A DNA stretch of 64,000 nucleotides from Candidatus Eiseniibacteriota bacterium (GTDB lineage Bacteria > Eisenbacteria > RBG-16-71-46 > CAZEPH01). The stretch lies in the NCBI GenBank assembly GCA_044229145.1, contig JBGATO010000001.1, positions 1 to 64,000 of the forward strand. The letters run 5' to 3'. Positions 18,386 through 27,804 of this stretch are shown piece by piece (the first letter of the stretch is position 1; every line of letters starts with the position of its first letter). The translations under genes and the position numbers were made by a program. Under the pieces are notes generated by a model that was not told the DNA's origin, did not search any database, and saw only the letters and a program-made list of their open reading frames with translations.

Positions 18386-21238
18386 CTAGAAGTCACCGCG
18401 GATGCCGAAACGCACGCGGCGCGGGCCGTCGTACTGGTTCGGGTTGTGCTCCGCGAGCAGGTAGAGGTCACGTCCGTAGTCACCCTGCGCCGCCAAGTAC
18501 GCCTTGCCGGCGGCCGTCTCGAGCCAGTTGGTCGAGGCCGCATCGCCGCTCGAGGTGTACACGGCGACCGGGTTGCGGCGGTCGAACACGTTGGTCACCC
18601 AGACGTAGGCCGAGAAGGACTTGTTGGCGAGCGTGAAATCCTTGTTCGCCTTGATGTCCATCGAGCTCGACCACGGGGTGTACCGCGAGTTGATCGGACC
18701 GGTGGGGACACTGAACGCGGCGGCCAGCGACACCTCGTCGTACACGTTGCTCGGGGTGAACGGGCTGCCGCTGCCGGCGCTCCACAGCACGTTGATGCCG
18801 GCGTTTTCCAACAGGTGGTAGCCACCGATCGCCGGACCCTCGTCCTTGCCGTTGCGCAGGTCGAGCGAGGCCGACATCTTGTGGCGCTGGTCGAAGTCGA
18901 GCGGTGCCGTCTGCTTCGGCGGCTGCGCCGAGGTCCACGCGATGTTGCGCTGCGTGGTCGACAGCGAACCGGTGCCGTTCGCGAACGACAAGCTGTAGCT
19001 CACGTCCGCGCCGACGTGACGCGCCGGGCGCAGCGTGTACTGCAGGTCGACACCCTTGGCCGTACCGTAGTCGCGGTTGCGGAACGACGAGAACGACGAC
19101 GGGTGGCTGGTGATCGTCTCGACCTCGACGAGGTCCTTGATGTCCTTGTAGTAGACCGACACGTCGATGCGCGAGATGTCGGACAGCTGCTGCACGAAAC
19201 CCACCTCGTACGCGGTGGTGTTCTCCGGCTTCAGGTTCGGGTTGCCGAACGGGTAGAAGTACCCGCCGCGCGTGACCTTGTACTGGAGGAAGTCGTAGTT
19301 CACGTACAGGTTCTGGAGGTCCGGCTGCTGGTAGAAGCGGCCCCAGTTGAGGTGGAACACCGTGTGGTCGGTGACCGGGAACGCGACACCGAGACGCGGG
19401 CTGACGCGGTTGTACGCCTTGCTCGAAGTCAGGTTCGCGGTGATCGGCTGGTCACCCCGCGGGCCGAGCGGGAACGCCTCGTCGAGCAACTGCTCGGTGC
19501 GCGCCGCCAGGTAGTCGTAGCGGAGACCGAGGTTCGCGACGACGCCGTTCGCTTCGTACTTGTCCTGCAAGTACGCCGACGCGGTGATCGGGTGCTTGGC
19601 ACCGTTGAGGCCGGTGTCGACGTGCGTGGTAGCGAGGTTGTCGTACCCGTACATGTTCACGTCGACGATCGGCTTGCGGCCGTTGGCGTCGGTGGTGAAG
19701 GTGGTCGGGCGGATCGCCTCGTACTGACGCAGCGTGTGGTACTGGAAGTCGGCGCCGATCTTCATCTGGTGGCGCTTGGCGATGTTCGCGTTCACGTCGT
19801 AGCGCGCACCGAGGTAGGACGACTCACGCCGCGTGAAGCTGTCGAACACGTGGGCGGAGTTGTTGCCCACCACCTGGCCGTAGGCGTCGAGGCTGTCGCC
19901 CGCGGCCAGCGTGTCGGACGGCCAGAAGTACGGCAACGACGAGCGGTACCGCGGGTTCGAGTTCGGCCGCGCGTACGCCGCGACGTTGTCGAAGTACACG
20001 CCGTCCCCGCGCTTCCGCGAGGTCGACGAGTAGTTGAGCGCCAACGTGTGGAACGTGCGGTTGCCGAGCTGCTGGTTCATCGTCGCGAAGGCCGACTGGT
20101 TGCGGTCTTCGGTCCGCGGCGCGTGCTCGTGGTCGAACAGGTAGGTGTGCAGGTACTCCTGCCAGTCGTCACTCGAGCCGATCGTGCCGAGCTTCAGCGA
20201 AGTCTTGTCGTTGACGCGGGCGCTCACCTTGCCCTGCCAGGTCCAGCCGCTGAGCGAGTTCGACGGCAGGATGTCGTCGCGCAGGCCCATGCCGGCCAAC
20301 GTGGACCGCATGTCGTCGGACAGCGGCCGCGGGTTGCGGTCGCGCAACCAGCGACGCTCGCCGCTGGCGTAGAAGGTGACGTTGTCCTTGCCCGGCATCA
20401 CCGGCCCGCCAATCGAGGCCGAGTAGATGTTGTTGTCCGACTTGGCGGCGTCGACCCACGTGCCGCTCAAGTTGTCCGTGAGGGCTTCGAAGGCGCCCTT
20501 GTACTTGGCGGACCCTTCACGCGTGATCACGTTCACCGCGCCCGACATCGCGCGGCCGTACTCCGCGTTGAACCCACCGGCCATGACGACCACCTGGTCG
20601 ATCGCGTTGTTGTTGATCGAGGTGGTCGAGATCCCGGTGAGCGGGTCCTGCTGTGAGAAGCCGTCGACGTAGTAGGCGACTTCGTTGGCGCGGCCACCAC
20701 GGATGAACAGCGACGGTTCGTTGGTGGATTCGTTCGTCGCGCCGCGGTGCTGCACGATGCCCGACTGCAACGAGGCCACCTGCTGGTATCCGCGGGTCGG
20801 CTTGTTCTGAATGTCCTTGCCGGTCACGTAGCGCACCGTGGAGGTCGCGCTCTTCTCGATCACCGGGCGTTCACCCGAGACGATGACGGTTTGGGCTTCC
20901 ACCGCTTCCGGGTCGAGGGAGAAGTTCACCGTATTGGTGAAGTCCGCCAAGATGGTCACGTTGGTCTTCGAGACGGCGCGGTGCCCGGTGGCCCGGGCAA
21001 TCAAGTTATACGTCCCCGCTTGCACGAAGGGGATCGAGAACACGCCGTTTGCATCGCAGATGCCGCCGCGCTTGGTGCCATCGATGATGACCGTCGCGGC
21101 GGAGATCGGTTCTTTGGTCTTGGCGTCGAGAACGGTGCCTTTGATCGTGCCCGTCGTGCCCGCCAATGCGGGCACTGCGCTGGCCACTACCAGCACGACG
21201 CCTACCAAGGCTCGCGTGAGCCGTGACAGGACTCCCAT
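18386..21238 (-). CDS. TonB-dependent receptor with N-terminal carboxypeptidase-regulatory-like domain
   Basis: Signal peptide; 'GTIKGTVLD', plug 'IRGGRANE', 'GGFNAEYG...SGAVNVIT', 'GNPNLKPE'; terminal F. Confidence 0.92.
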   Translation of the reverse strand: MGVLSRLTRALVGVVLVVASAVPALAGTTGTIKGTVLDAKTKEPISAATVIIDGTKRGGICDANGVFSIPFVQAGTYNLIARATGHRAVSKTNVTILADFTNTVNFSLDPEAVEAQTVIVSGERPVIEKSATSTVRYVTGKDIQNKPTRGYQQVASLQSGIVQHRGATNESTNEPSLFIRGGRANEVAYYVDGFSQQDPLTGISTTSINNNAIDQVVVMAGGFNAEYGRAMSGAVNVITREGSAKYKGAFEALTDNLSGTWVDAAKSDNNIYSASIGGPVMPGKDNVTFYASGERRWLRDRNPRPLSDDMRSTLAGMGLRDDILPSNSLSGWTWQGKVSARVNDKTSLKLGTIGSSDDWQEYLHTYLFDHEHAPRTEDRNQSAFATMNQQLGNRTFHTLALNYSSTSRKRGDGVYFDNVAAYARPNSNPRYRSSLPYFWPSDTLAAGDSLDAYGQVVGNNSAHVFDSFTRRESSYLGARYDVNANIAKRHQMKIGADFQYHTLRQYEAIRPTTFTTDANGRKPIVDVNMYGYDNLATTHVDTGLNGAKHPITASAYLQDKYEANGVVANLGLRYDYLAARTEQLLDEAFPLGPRGDQPITANLTSSKAYNRVSPRLGVAFPVTDHTVFHLNWGRFYQQPDLQNLYVNYDFLQYKVTRGGYFYPFGNPNLKPENTTAYEVGFVQQLSDISRIDVSVYYKDIKDLVEVETITSHPSSFSSFRNRDYGTAKGVDLQYTLRPARHVGADVSYSLSFANGTGSLSTTQRNIAWTSAQPPKQTAPLDFDQRHKMSASLDLRNGKDEGPAIGGYHLLENAGINVLWSAGSGSPFTPSNVYDEVSLAAAFSVPTGPINSRYTPWSSSMDIKANKDFTLANKSFSAYVWVTNVFDRRNPVAVYTSSGDAASTNWLETAAGKAYLAAQGDYGRDLYLLAEHNPNQYDGPRRVRFGIRGDF

Positions 21239-21426
21239 GGTGATCCCCTCCGTGCGTTACCTGCTGTCGCGCGGAGACCAGAGTGGGTGGACCTGTGGCG
21301 CGTCTGGTCGTCCGCTGACCTCGGTATCCTCGCGAGCGCTCCTGCTTCCGTTCCCACCGCACAAGCACGCTGGGCGCGTGTCGCCGTGGACCGGGCGCGA
21401 GGTTACGACACCGTGAAGCACGGTCT

Positions 21427-21455
21427 ACTTAAGGAGATGCCCGTGCGCCTGTCAA
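21427..21455 (-). promoter_or_regulatory. Possible promoter of TonB receptor operon
   Basis: Perfect TTGACA at 21450-21455; imperfect -10 (TTAAGT) at 17-nt spacing. Confidence 0.35.
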
Positions 21456-21497
21456 GGCTTTCGGGTGAGGGACACGGTGACGGACGGACGCGCCGGC

Positions 21498-22811
21498 TCA
21501 CTCGCCGCTGCTGGCCGCCACCAGCGTCCAGCGGCCAAATCCTTCGCGATCCGCGAATCGGAACACACGCGGCGGTGAATAGTACCGCCAAATTTGCTGC
21601 GCCGGCTCGTAGCCGGTGAGTGGCTGTTCCTCGGTCTGATCGGGCGGACCGAACTTGATGAAAATGCGACCGCGGTCGCTGCGCCAGCCGCCTTCGCTGC
21701 CGAATCCGAACATCTCGTCGGCGGCCCGCAGGCGCCGGAAGTACTCGCGGCGCGTGATGTAGAGGCGGTTGCGCGATCCGGTGTCCTCACGGCGGCGCCA
21801 GAAACCCTCCCAGCGCGCCCGGCGCGCCGCAGCCGACGGCGCGTTGCGGATCGAATCGAGTTCGGCACGGGTCGCGATATAGGCAATCAACTGGGTGAGC
21901 TGCCGCGGGTCGCGCCCGAAGTCGAGCAGCGTCTCGTCGATTTCGAAGCGGACGTCACGGATCGGGCCATTCGGCATCGTCCACAGGCTCAAGAGGTAGT
22001 TGCCCATCGAGAGCCAGTCGAGCGGGGGCTGCAGCACGAAGGGCGTGGCGTCGCCGCGGCGTGGCACCGTGCGATAGCCGCGCAAGCGCACCTCGCGGTC
22101 GGCGTCGACGATCTGGTAGCCGATCGTCCACGTGGAATCCCGCAGGGCCCGCAGACTGTCGGCGGAGGTGAGGCCGGTGTAGATCTCCCCCGCCACGACT
22201 TGCAGCGGATGATCGGCACCGAACACCCGTGACGCGCTCGGGATCATGTCGTCGCGGGTGCGCGCACTGTCGCGTCCTGGCCGCAGGTTGCCGAGCACCA
22301 CCGGGCTCAACGTGCCATCGTGCGCGCGCAAGTTCTCGACGGCGAACGGGAGCCGCAACTTCGATTTCGCCCCCGCCTCGAGATCGCGGAATTGGATGTC
22401 GAGGAGGTAGTCGCCGGGATGCACGGTGATGTCGCGATGCCACGTAAGTTCGAGCGAGTCGGACTTGCTCGCCTCGTACGTCGGCGCGGTCACGCCGAGG
22501 GTGTCGACGACACTGAACAGCGGCTTCGCGCTGCTGCGGCGCACCGTCACGGTGGCCTCGCAGCGAGCGCGGTAGATGCCCCGTTCGCGCACGAACGCCA
22601 GCTCGCGGCCTTGCACGGTGGCCAGCACGGTAGCGGTCACCGAATCGCGGCCAACCATGCGCATCGAGACTTGCGCGGAGAACAGCGGGCGGCTCGTAGA
22701 CACGCCGCCCGATTCGTCCGTGGCCGCGCGGGCTCCACTGGAGATACCCACCACGAGGCATGCGATCGCCGCTGCCCCCACCCTTCGGATGTCGCGCCAC
22801 GCTGAGTTCAT
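21498..22811 (-). CDS. GWxTD domain-containing exported protein
   Basis: Signal peptide; 'FWRRR', 'EYFRRLRAA', 'GWRSDRGRIFIKFGPPD'. Confidence 0.85.
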   Translation of the reverse strand: MNSAWRDIRRVGAAAIACLVVGISSGARAATDESGGVSTSRPLFSAQVSMRMVGRDSVTATVLATVQGRELAFVRERGIYRARCEATVTVRRSSAKPLFSVVDTLGVTAPTYEASKSDSLELTWHRDITVHPGDYLLDIQFRDLEAGAKSKLRLPFAVENLRAHDGTLSPVVLGNLRPGRDSARTRDDMIPSASRVFGADHPLQVVAGEIYTGLTSADSLRALRDSTWTIGYQIVDADREVRLRGYRTVPRRGDATPFVLQPPLDWLSMGNYLLSLWTMPNGPIRDVRFEIDETLLDFGRDPRQLTQLIAYIATRAELDSIRNAPSAAARRARWEGFWRRREDTGSRNRLYITRREYFRRLRAADEMFGFGSEGGWRSDRGRIFIKFGPPDQTEEQPLTGYEPAQQIWRYYSPPRVFRFADREGFGRWTLVAASSGE

Positions 22812-22818
22812 CGTCGCG

Positions 22819-22847
22819 AGGCTAGGGAGTGTGATGGGTGCCGTCAA
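22819..22847 (-). promoter_or_regulatory. sigma70-like promoter TTGACG-17-TAGCCT, 7 nt before ATG (leaderless geometry)
   Basis: -35 at 22842-22847, -10 at 22819-22824, ATG at 22811. Confidence 0.55.
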
Positions 22848-24795
22848 GCGCCGGGGCAGGCACCAGCGCCGCGGACCAGCTTTGCTCGCCGACGAACGCC
22901 TCCACTCCCGCGGCGATCGCATCCGCGATCTGACGACGCCGCGACCCGTCACGCAATGCCTCCTCTTCCTCCGGGTGCATGAGGAACGTCGATTCGGTGA
23001 GGATCGCCGGCATCTGCGGCGGACGCGTGAGCGCCAGGTTGCCGTAGTAGAGTCCGAAGTCCGGGAGGCCGAGTTGGGCGCGCAGCGCCTCGTGCACACG
23101 GGCGGCCAAGCGCTCGCTGTGCGGATAGTAGAAGTACACCGAGGTGCCGCGGTGGAGGAACGGATTCACGCCGTCCGGCAGCGCGTTGAGATGGACGCTG
23201 AGCAGGAGGTCGGCCTCTCCCGCCACCGCGATGCGCGGGCGCTCGGCCAACGGCACGCCGGAGGAATCGGGGCGCGTGAAGAACACGTCGGCGCCCCGGG
23301 CACGCAGACGTGCGCCGAGCTCGCGGGAGATCGCCAAGGTCATGTCACGTTCGAGGACGCCGGTCGGCCCGCTCGCGCCAGTGTCCGGCGCGTGGCCGGC
23401 ATCGACGGCGATGCGCCAGCCGGCGAGCGGCGACGGCGTCTTCTTGAGGGTACCCTTCTTGCGATCGACCTGCGGCGCGGGAGGACGCCGGGCGACCAGC
23501 GTGAAGGTGGTGCCGTCGTAGCTGGCGGCATAACCCCACGGCCGCCGCGCCGCCAGGTGGATCTCGAGTTGCACGATCTCGCTGGCCGGTTGACTCCACG
23601 ACACCAGCGGGATGTAGGCGCCGGTGCTGTCCCCCGCCGCCTCGCCACGGCTGTAGTGAATCCAGTCGACATCGGCGACCGCGCCATAGAGGGAGACCCG
23701 CAGGCGCCCAGGATCGATGTCTTCTTCGATGCGATACGGCACCGGTGGCACGACGGTCACCGTGACGCGGCTGGCGCGGGCACCCTCGTCGACGCGAATC
23801 GTGCCGACGCGCGGCCGCGGGATGCTGGTGCCGGCCGGCAATATGCGCACGCTGACACGTGGCACCCACACAGCGAGCCCGTCGGCGCAGCGCACGCGAA
23901 ACCACGCCGCGTGCGCCCCGGTGCACCACGCGCGCACGCCGCGCGGCACGAAGAGGCTGTAGCCGCCGGCCGGCGCGGTCCGTCCGACGGTCAGCGAATC
24001 GACGAACTCGACGACGCGTGGCGTCCGCGTGTCGAGCGTGGTGAGCGAGGCGGCGGTCACCACGCGTGCGGTGTCGGCGCCGGACTCGGCCACCAAGTGC
24101 ACCACGACGTGCGCGGCTGCCAGGGAATCGTCCGGCTGGATCACGTACGCCCCGGTGTAGATACCGGAGTGCACCGTGTCGGCGTGGCTGACGCCGTCCG
24201 TGAATGCTTCGACGCGCGGATCGTCGGGGCGCGTGTCGGGCGCTTCGGTGAGAGGAAAGTGTCGGCCCGCGAGATCGAACCACGCATGCGCGCCGGGACT
24301 CGCGCGCACGCGCACCGACACGACATCGCCGGGCTGCAGTTCGCGGTCCTCGCTCGGCTCGGCCGCGCGCGCGTCCACCGTGAAGGGGAACACCGGCGGC
24401 GTCTGCGGCGCCTCGGCGACGGTCAGGTGGCGCGCCACGAGGGTCGAATCATCGCCGCGGCGCGCGACCACACGCAGCGTCGTCGCGCCCGGCGCGAGCG
24501 CGACGTACGCGAGGAAGCCGCCGGTGCGATACACCGTCACGTCGCGGCCGTCGATGGTCAGCCGCGCCTTCGGGTCGCTGACGTTGCCGAAGACGAACGT
24601 CGACTCGACCGCGGCGATGCTAGCGCCTTCCGTCGGATAGACGACGCGCAGCGACAGCGGCACGCGTTCCGCCGCGAGGCACGTGGCATGCACCGCGACG
24701 CCACACAGCAGTGCGCCGAGCCGGACCCGTGCCCGCGCTGGCCGCCGCCGGGCGGCGTCGTGTACGCTGCCGCGATGACGCCATCCACTCCACAC
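22822..24795 (-). CDS. N-acetylmuramoyl-L-alanine amidase (Amidase_3) with N-terminal accessory domains
   Basis: 'IAVDAGH', 'ERDMTL', 'SVHLNA', 'AILTE'; start uncertain (GTG 24795 or 24693). Confidence 0.85.
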   Translation of the reverse strand: MWSGWRHRGSVHDAARRRPARARVRLGALLCGVAVHATCLAAERVPLSLRVVYPTEGASIAAVESTFVFGNVSDPKARLTIDGRDVTVYRTGGFLAYVALAPGATTLRVVARRGDDSTLVARHLTVAEAPQTPPVFPFTVDARAAEPSEDRELQPGDVVSVRVRASPGAHAWFDLAGRHFPLTEAPDTRPDDPRVEAFTDGVSHADTVHSGIYTGAYVIQPDDSLAAAHVVVHLVAESGADTARVVTAASLTTLDTRTPRVVEFVDSLTVGRTAPAGGYSLFVPRGVRAWCTGAHAAWFRVRCADGLAVWVPRVSVRILPAGTSIPRPRVGTIRVDEGARASRVTVTVVPPVPYRIEEDIDPGRLRVSLYGAVADVDWIHYSRGEAAGDSTGAYIPLVSWSQPASEIVQLEIHLAARRPWGYAASYDGTTFTLVARRPPAPQVDRKKGTLKKTPSPLAGWRIAVDAGHAPDTGASGPTGVLERDMTLAISRELGARLRARGADVFFTRPDSSGVPLAERPRIAVAGEADLLLSVHLNALPDGVNPFLHRGTSVYFYYPHSERLAARVHEALRAQLGLPDFGLYYGNLALTRPPQMPAILTESTFLMHPEEEEALRDGSRRRQIADAIAAGVEAFVGEQSWSAALVPAPALDGTHHTP

Positions 24796-26190
24796 GACAC
24801 GCCGCGCCCCGAGACGCTCACGCGCGGACAGCTCCTCCCGCTGCGCATCGATGCAGCCGCCGCCGGCGGCACCGGCGTCGCGCGCCTCGACGGCTACGTG
24901 ATCTTCGTCTCCGGCGGCGTGCCCGGCGACGTCGTCGAAGCGCGCATCGACAAACGCAAGAGCGCCTTCGGCGAAGCCACCGCGATCCGCGTGCTGGAGC
25001 CGTCGCCGCATCGTGTCGATCCTCCGTGTTCGCATGTCTCGCTCTGTGGCGGGTGCACCTGGCAGACCGTGTCGCTCGAGGCGCAACTCGACATCAAGCG
25101 CCAAATGGTGCGCGACGCGGTCGAGCGCATCGCCGGCCTCGAGGGCGTCGACGTCCTGCCCACCCTGCCATCGCCGGAACCCTACCGCTATCGCAACAAG
25201 ATGGAGTACTCGTTTTACGACGATGGCGGGGTGCCGATCCTCGGCTTGCACGTGCGGGGCCGCTACGACCGCGTCTTCGGCGTGCGTGATTGCCACCTGG
25301 CGAGCGAGGCATCGGTGGCCCTGGTGCGCGCGGTGGCGCAGTTGGCGCAGCGCGACGGACTCACGGCGTATCACCAGAAGCGCCACACCGGCCTGCTGCG
25401 GCTGCTCGCCACACGCGAGTCCCGCGCCACGGGCGAGGTGCTTGCCCACCTTGTCGCCGCGAAGGACTTGCCGGCGTTCGATCGCTGGGTGCCGGTGTTG
25501 CGCGAGGCGTGTCCGACGCTCGCCGGCGTGGTGCTCACCGTCCACACCGGACTGTCCGGCGTCGCCACGCAGGGCACGCAACGCATCCTCTGGGGTGTCG
25601 ACCGCTTTCTCGAACGGCTCGGGCCCTTGCAGTTCGAAGTGTCGACGCGTTCGTTCTTCCAGGTCAATGCGGCGCAGGCGCAGCAACTCGCGCGCTTGGT
25701 GGTCGAGAGCGCGGCGCTCACCGGCCACGAGCGGGTGCTCGATCTCTACTGCGGCACCGGCACGCTGGCGCTGTTGATGGCGGCCGGTCCAGACGGCGAC
25801 CGGAGCCGCGCGGCGCGCGAGGTGATCGGCGTCGAGACGGTGGCCGCCGCGCTCGAGGACGCGCGCGCCAACGCGACGCGCAACGGACTCGATCACTGTC
25901 GCTTCCTGCACGGCGAGGTCGAGAAGCTGCCGCTCGAATCGCTCGCGCCACTCGACGTCATCGTCGTCGATCCTCCGCGGGCTGGCCTGCACGCCAAGGC
26001 GGTGGAGCGCGTCATCGCGTTGGCGCCGCCGCGCATCGTCTACGTGTCGTGCAATCCCTCGACGCTGGCGCGCGACCTCGGATTGTTCGCCGCGGCCGGC
26101 TACGCGCCCGGCCCGATCCAGCCGCTCGACATGTTCCCGCACACCGCCCACGTCGAGTCGATCGTACGTTTGGAGCGGCACTCACGGTAG
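24775..26190 (+). CDS. rlmD: 23S rRNA m5U1939 methyltransferase (TrmA/RlmD family)
   Basis: TRAM domain, 'CSHVSLCGGC', 'YRNKMEY', 'FFQVN', 'DLYCGTG', 'VDPPRAG', 'YVSCNP'. Confidence 0.92.
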   Translation: MTPSTPHDTPRPETLTRGQLLPLRIDAAAAGGTGVARLDGYVIFVSGGVPGDVVEARIDKRKSAFGEATAIRVLEPSPHRVDPPCSHVSLCGGCTWQTVSLEAQLDIKRQMVRDAVERIAGLEGVDVLPTLPSPEPYRYRNKMEYSFYDDGGVPILGLHVRGRYDRVFGVRDCHLASEASVALVRAVAQLAQRDGLTAYHQKRHTGLLRLLATRESRATGEVLAHLVAAKDLPAFDRWVPVLREACPTLAGVVLTVHTGLSGVATQGTQRILWGVDRFLERLGPLQFEVSTRSFFQVNAAQAQQLARLVVESAALTGHERVLDLYCGTGTLALLMAAGPDGDRSRAAREVIGVETVAAALEDARANATRNGLDHCRFLHGEVEKLPLESLAPLDVIVVDPPRAGLHAKAVERVIALAPPRIVYVSCNPSTLARDLGLFAAAGYAPGPIQPLDMFPHTAHVESIVRLERHSR

Positions 26191-26204
26191 AGGCGAACTC
26201 CGTT

Positions 26205-26320
26205 AAGCTCTGCATTATGCATTGTATTTTGCAGCTACAGTACAGGTGTAACGTTTACAGTGCTCATTTTCCTCTGTCATTCGCCGATATTCGTGGGCAT
26301 TCTTTGCAGGTCTTGCAGAA
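26205..26320 (+). promoter_or_regulatory. AT-rich glnA upstream region with several palindromes
   Basis: TGCAT-T-ATGCA 26211-26221; TGTA-N9-TACA 26223-26239; TGTAA-CGT-TTACA 26247-26259. Confidence 0.5.
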
Positions 26321-26379
26321 ACGCGGGCACGGCATCGACGCCGGCCGCGTGTCACCGGCGAAACGGAGGACTGACCGAA

Positions 26380-27735
26380 ATGGCCGATCTGGTGGGAGCT
26401 GACCGCGAGGCGATGCGCGCCCGCATCCTCGAACAAGTGGACCGCGAAGGCGTGCGCTTCCTCCGCCTGCAGTTCACCGACATTCTCGGCACCATCAAGA
26501 ACGTCGAGGTGCCGCGCCGCCAGTTCGAGGCCGCCCTCGACGGCAAGATCATGTTCGACGGCTCCTCGATCGAGGGCTTCGTCCGCATCGAAGAGTCCGA
26601 CATGCGGCTCCACCCGGACCTCAACACCTTCCGCGTGCTCCCGTGGGACGAGCCGCAGGGCAAGGTCGCCCGCGTCATCTGCGACGTGCACAACCCGGAC
26701 GGCAGCGAGTTCGACGGCTGCCCGCGCGTCGCGCTCAAGCGCGCCCTCGCCCACGCCAAGGCGCTCGGCTTCGAGATGATGACCGGCCCCGAGGCCGAGT
26801 TCTTCCTGTTCGTCGGGCCGAAGGAAAACCAGAACCCGACCACCGAGACGCACGACACCGGTGGCTACTTCGACCTCGCGCCCATCGACCGTGGCGAGGA
26901 CGCGCGGCGCGACATCGTCGACGCGCTCGAGAAGCTCGGATTCGAAGTCGAAGCCGCGCACCACGAGGTCGCGCCGGCGCAGCACGAGATCGACTTCAAG
27001 TACGCCGACGCGCTCACCACCGCCGACAGCGTGAGCACGTTCCGCTGGGTGGTGCGCAAGGTAGCGCGCGACCACGGCCTGCACGCGACGTTCATGCCGA
27101 AGCCGATCTTCGGCCAGAACGGCAGCGGCATGCACGTGCACCAGTCGTTGTTCGTCAACGGCGAGAACGTCTTCTACGGCCCCGGCAAGCGCTACGAAAT
27201 GTCGGACACCGCGCTGCACTACATCGGCGGCATCCTGCGCCACGCGCGCGGCTTCTGCGCGGTGACCAACCCGCTGGTCAACTCGTTCAAGCGGCTGGTG
27301 CCGGGTTACGAAGCGCCGACCATGATCGCGTGGTCGGAGCGCAACCGCTCGCCGCTCGTCCGGGTGCCGGACATGCGCGGCGTCGGCACGCGCATCGAGC
27401 TGCGCATGCCGGACCCCTCGTGCAATCCGTACCTCGCGTTCGCGGTGATGCTCTCGAGCGGACTCGACGGCATCGAGAACAAGATCGACCCGGGCGAGTC
27501 GGTGAGCCGCAACGTCTACACGATGTCGCTCCGCGAACGGAAGCGGCTCGGCATCGAAGCGCTGCCCGCCGACCTCAACGAGGCGCTCAACGCGCTCGAG
27601 AAGGACGCGGTGGTCACCGCCGCGCTCGGCGAGCACATCACGGCGAACTTCGTCGAGGCGAAGCGCCAGGAGTGGCAGGAGTACATCGCCCAGGTGCACA
27701 CCTGGGAGGTCGACCGCTACCTCGCGTCCTACTAG
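26380..27735 (+). CDS. glnA: Glutamine synthetase type I (GSI-alpha-like, 451 aa)
   Basis: 'FDGSSIEGF', 'HHEVAPAQHEI', 'FMPKP...NGSGMHVHQS', 'KRLVPGYEAP', 'ELRMPDP'; GGAGG RBS. Confidence 0.97.
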   Translation: MADLVGADREAMRARILEQVDREGVRFLRLQFTDILGTIKNVEVPRRQFEAALDGKIMFDGSSIEGFVRIEESDMRLHPDLNTFRVLPWDEPQGKVARVICDVHNPDGSEFDGCPRVALKRALAHAKALGFEMMTGPEAEFFLFVGPKENQNPTTETHDTGGYFDLAPIDRGEDARRDIVDALEKLGFEVEAAHHEVAPAQHEIDFKYADALTTADSVSTFRWVVRKVARDHGLHATFMPKPIFGQNGSGMHVHQSLFVNGENVFYGPGKRYEMSDTALHYIGGILRHARGFCAVTNPLVNSFKRLVPGYEAPTMIAWSERNRSPLVRVPDMRGVGTRIELRMPDPSCNPYLAFAVMLSSGLDGIENKIDPGESVSRNVYTMSLRERKRLGIEALPADLNEALNALEKDAVVTAALGEHITANFVEAKRQEWQEYIAQVHTWEVDRYLASY

Positions 27736-27753
27736 ACGGCGCGACATGCGAAA

Positions 27754-27782
27754 GCCCCGGAGGCTCGTGCAGCCTCCGGGGC
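27754..27782. terminator. Hairpin terminator between convergent glnA and the Dsr-like trio
   Basis: Perfect 12-bp stem GCCCCGGAGGCT/AGCCTCCGGGGC; TTT on the minus side. Confidence 0.7.
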
Positions 27783-27804
27783 ATCGTCGTACCGCGTGAC
27801 ACGC

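Noticed and set aside
21239..21426. Possible cobalamin or other riboswitch before the TonB receptor
   Set aside because: Only a lone GGGAA; no B12-box or other recognisable consensus.
22576..26190. 1204-aa (+) and 1119-aa (-) ORFs as giant fusion proteins
   Set aside because: Each is a real gene (rlmD, amidase) extended by the antisense shadow of the other.
26293..26310. sigma54-like TGGGCATTCTTTGC upstream of glnA
   Set aside because: GG-to-GC spacing is 9 or less, not the required 10 nt.
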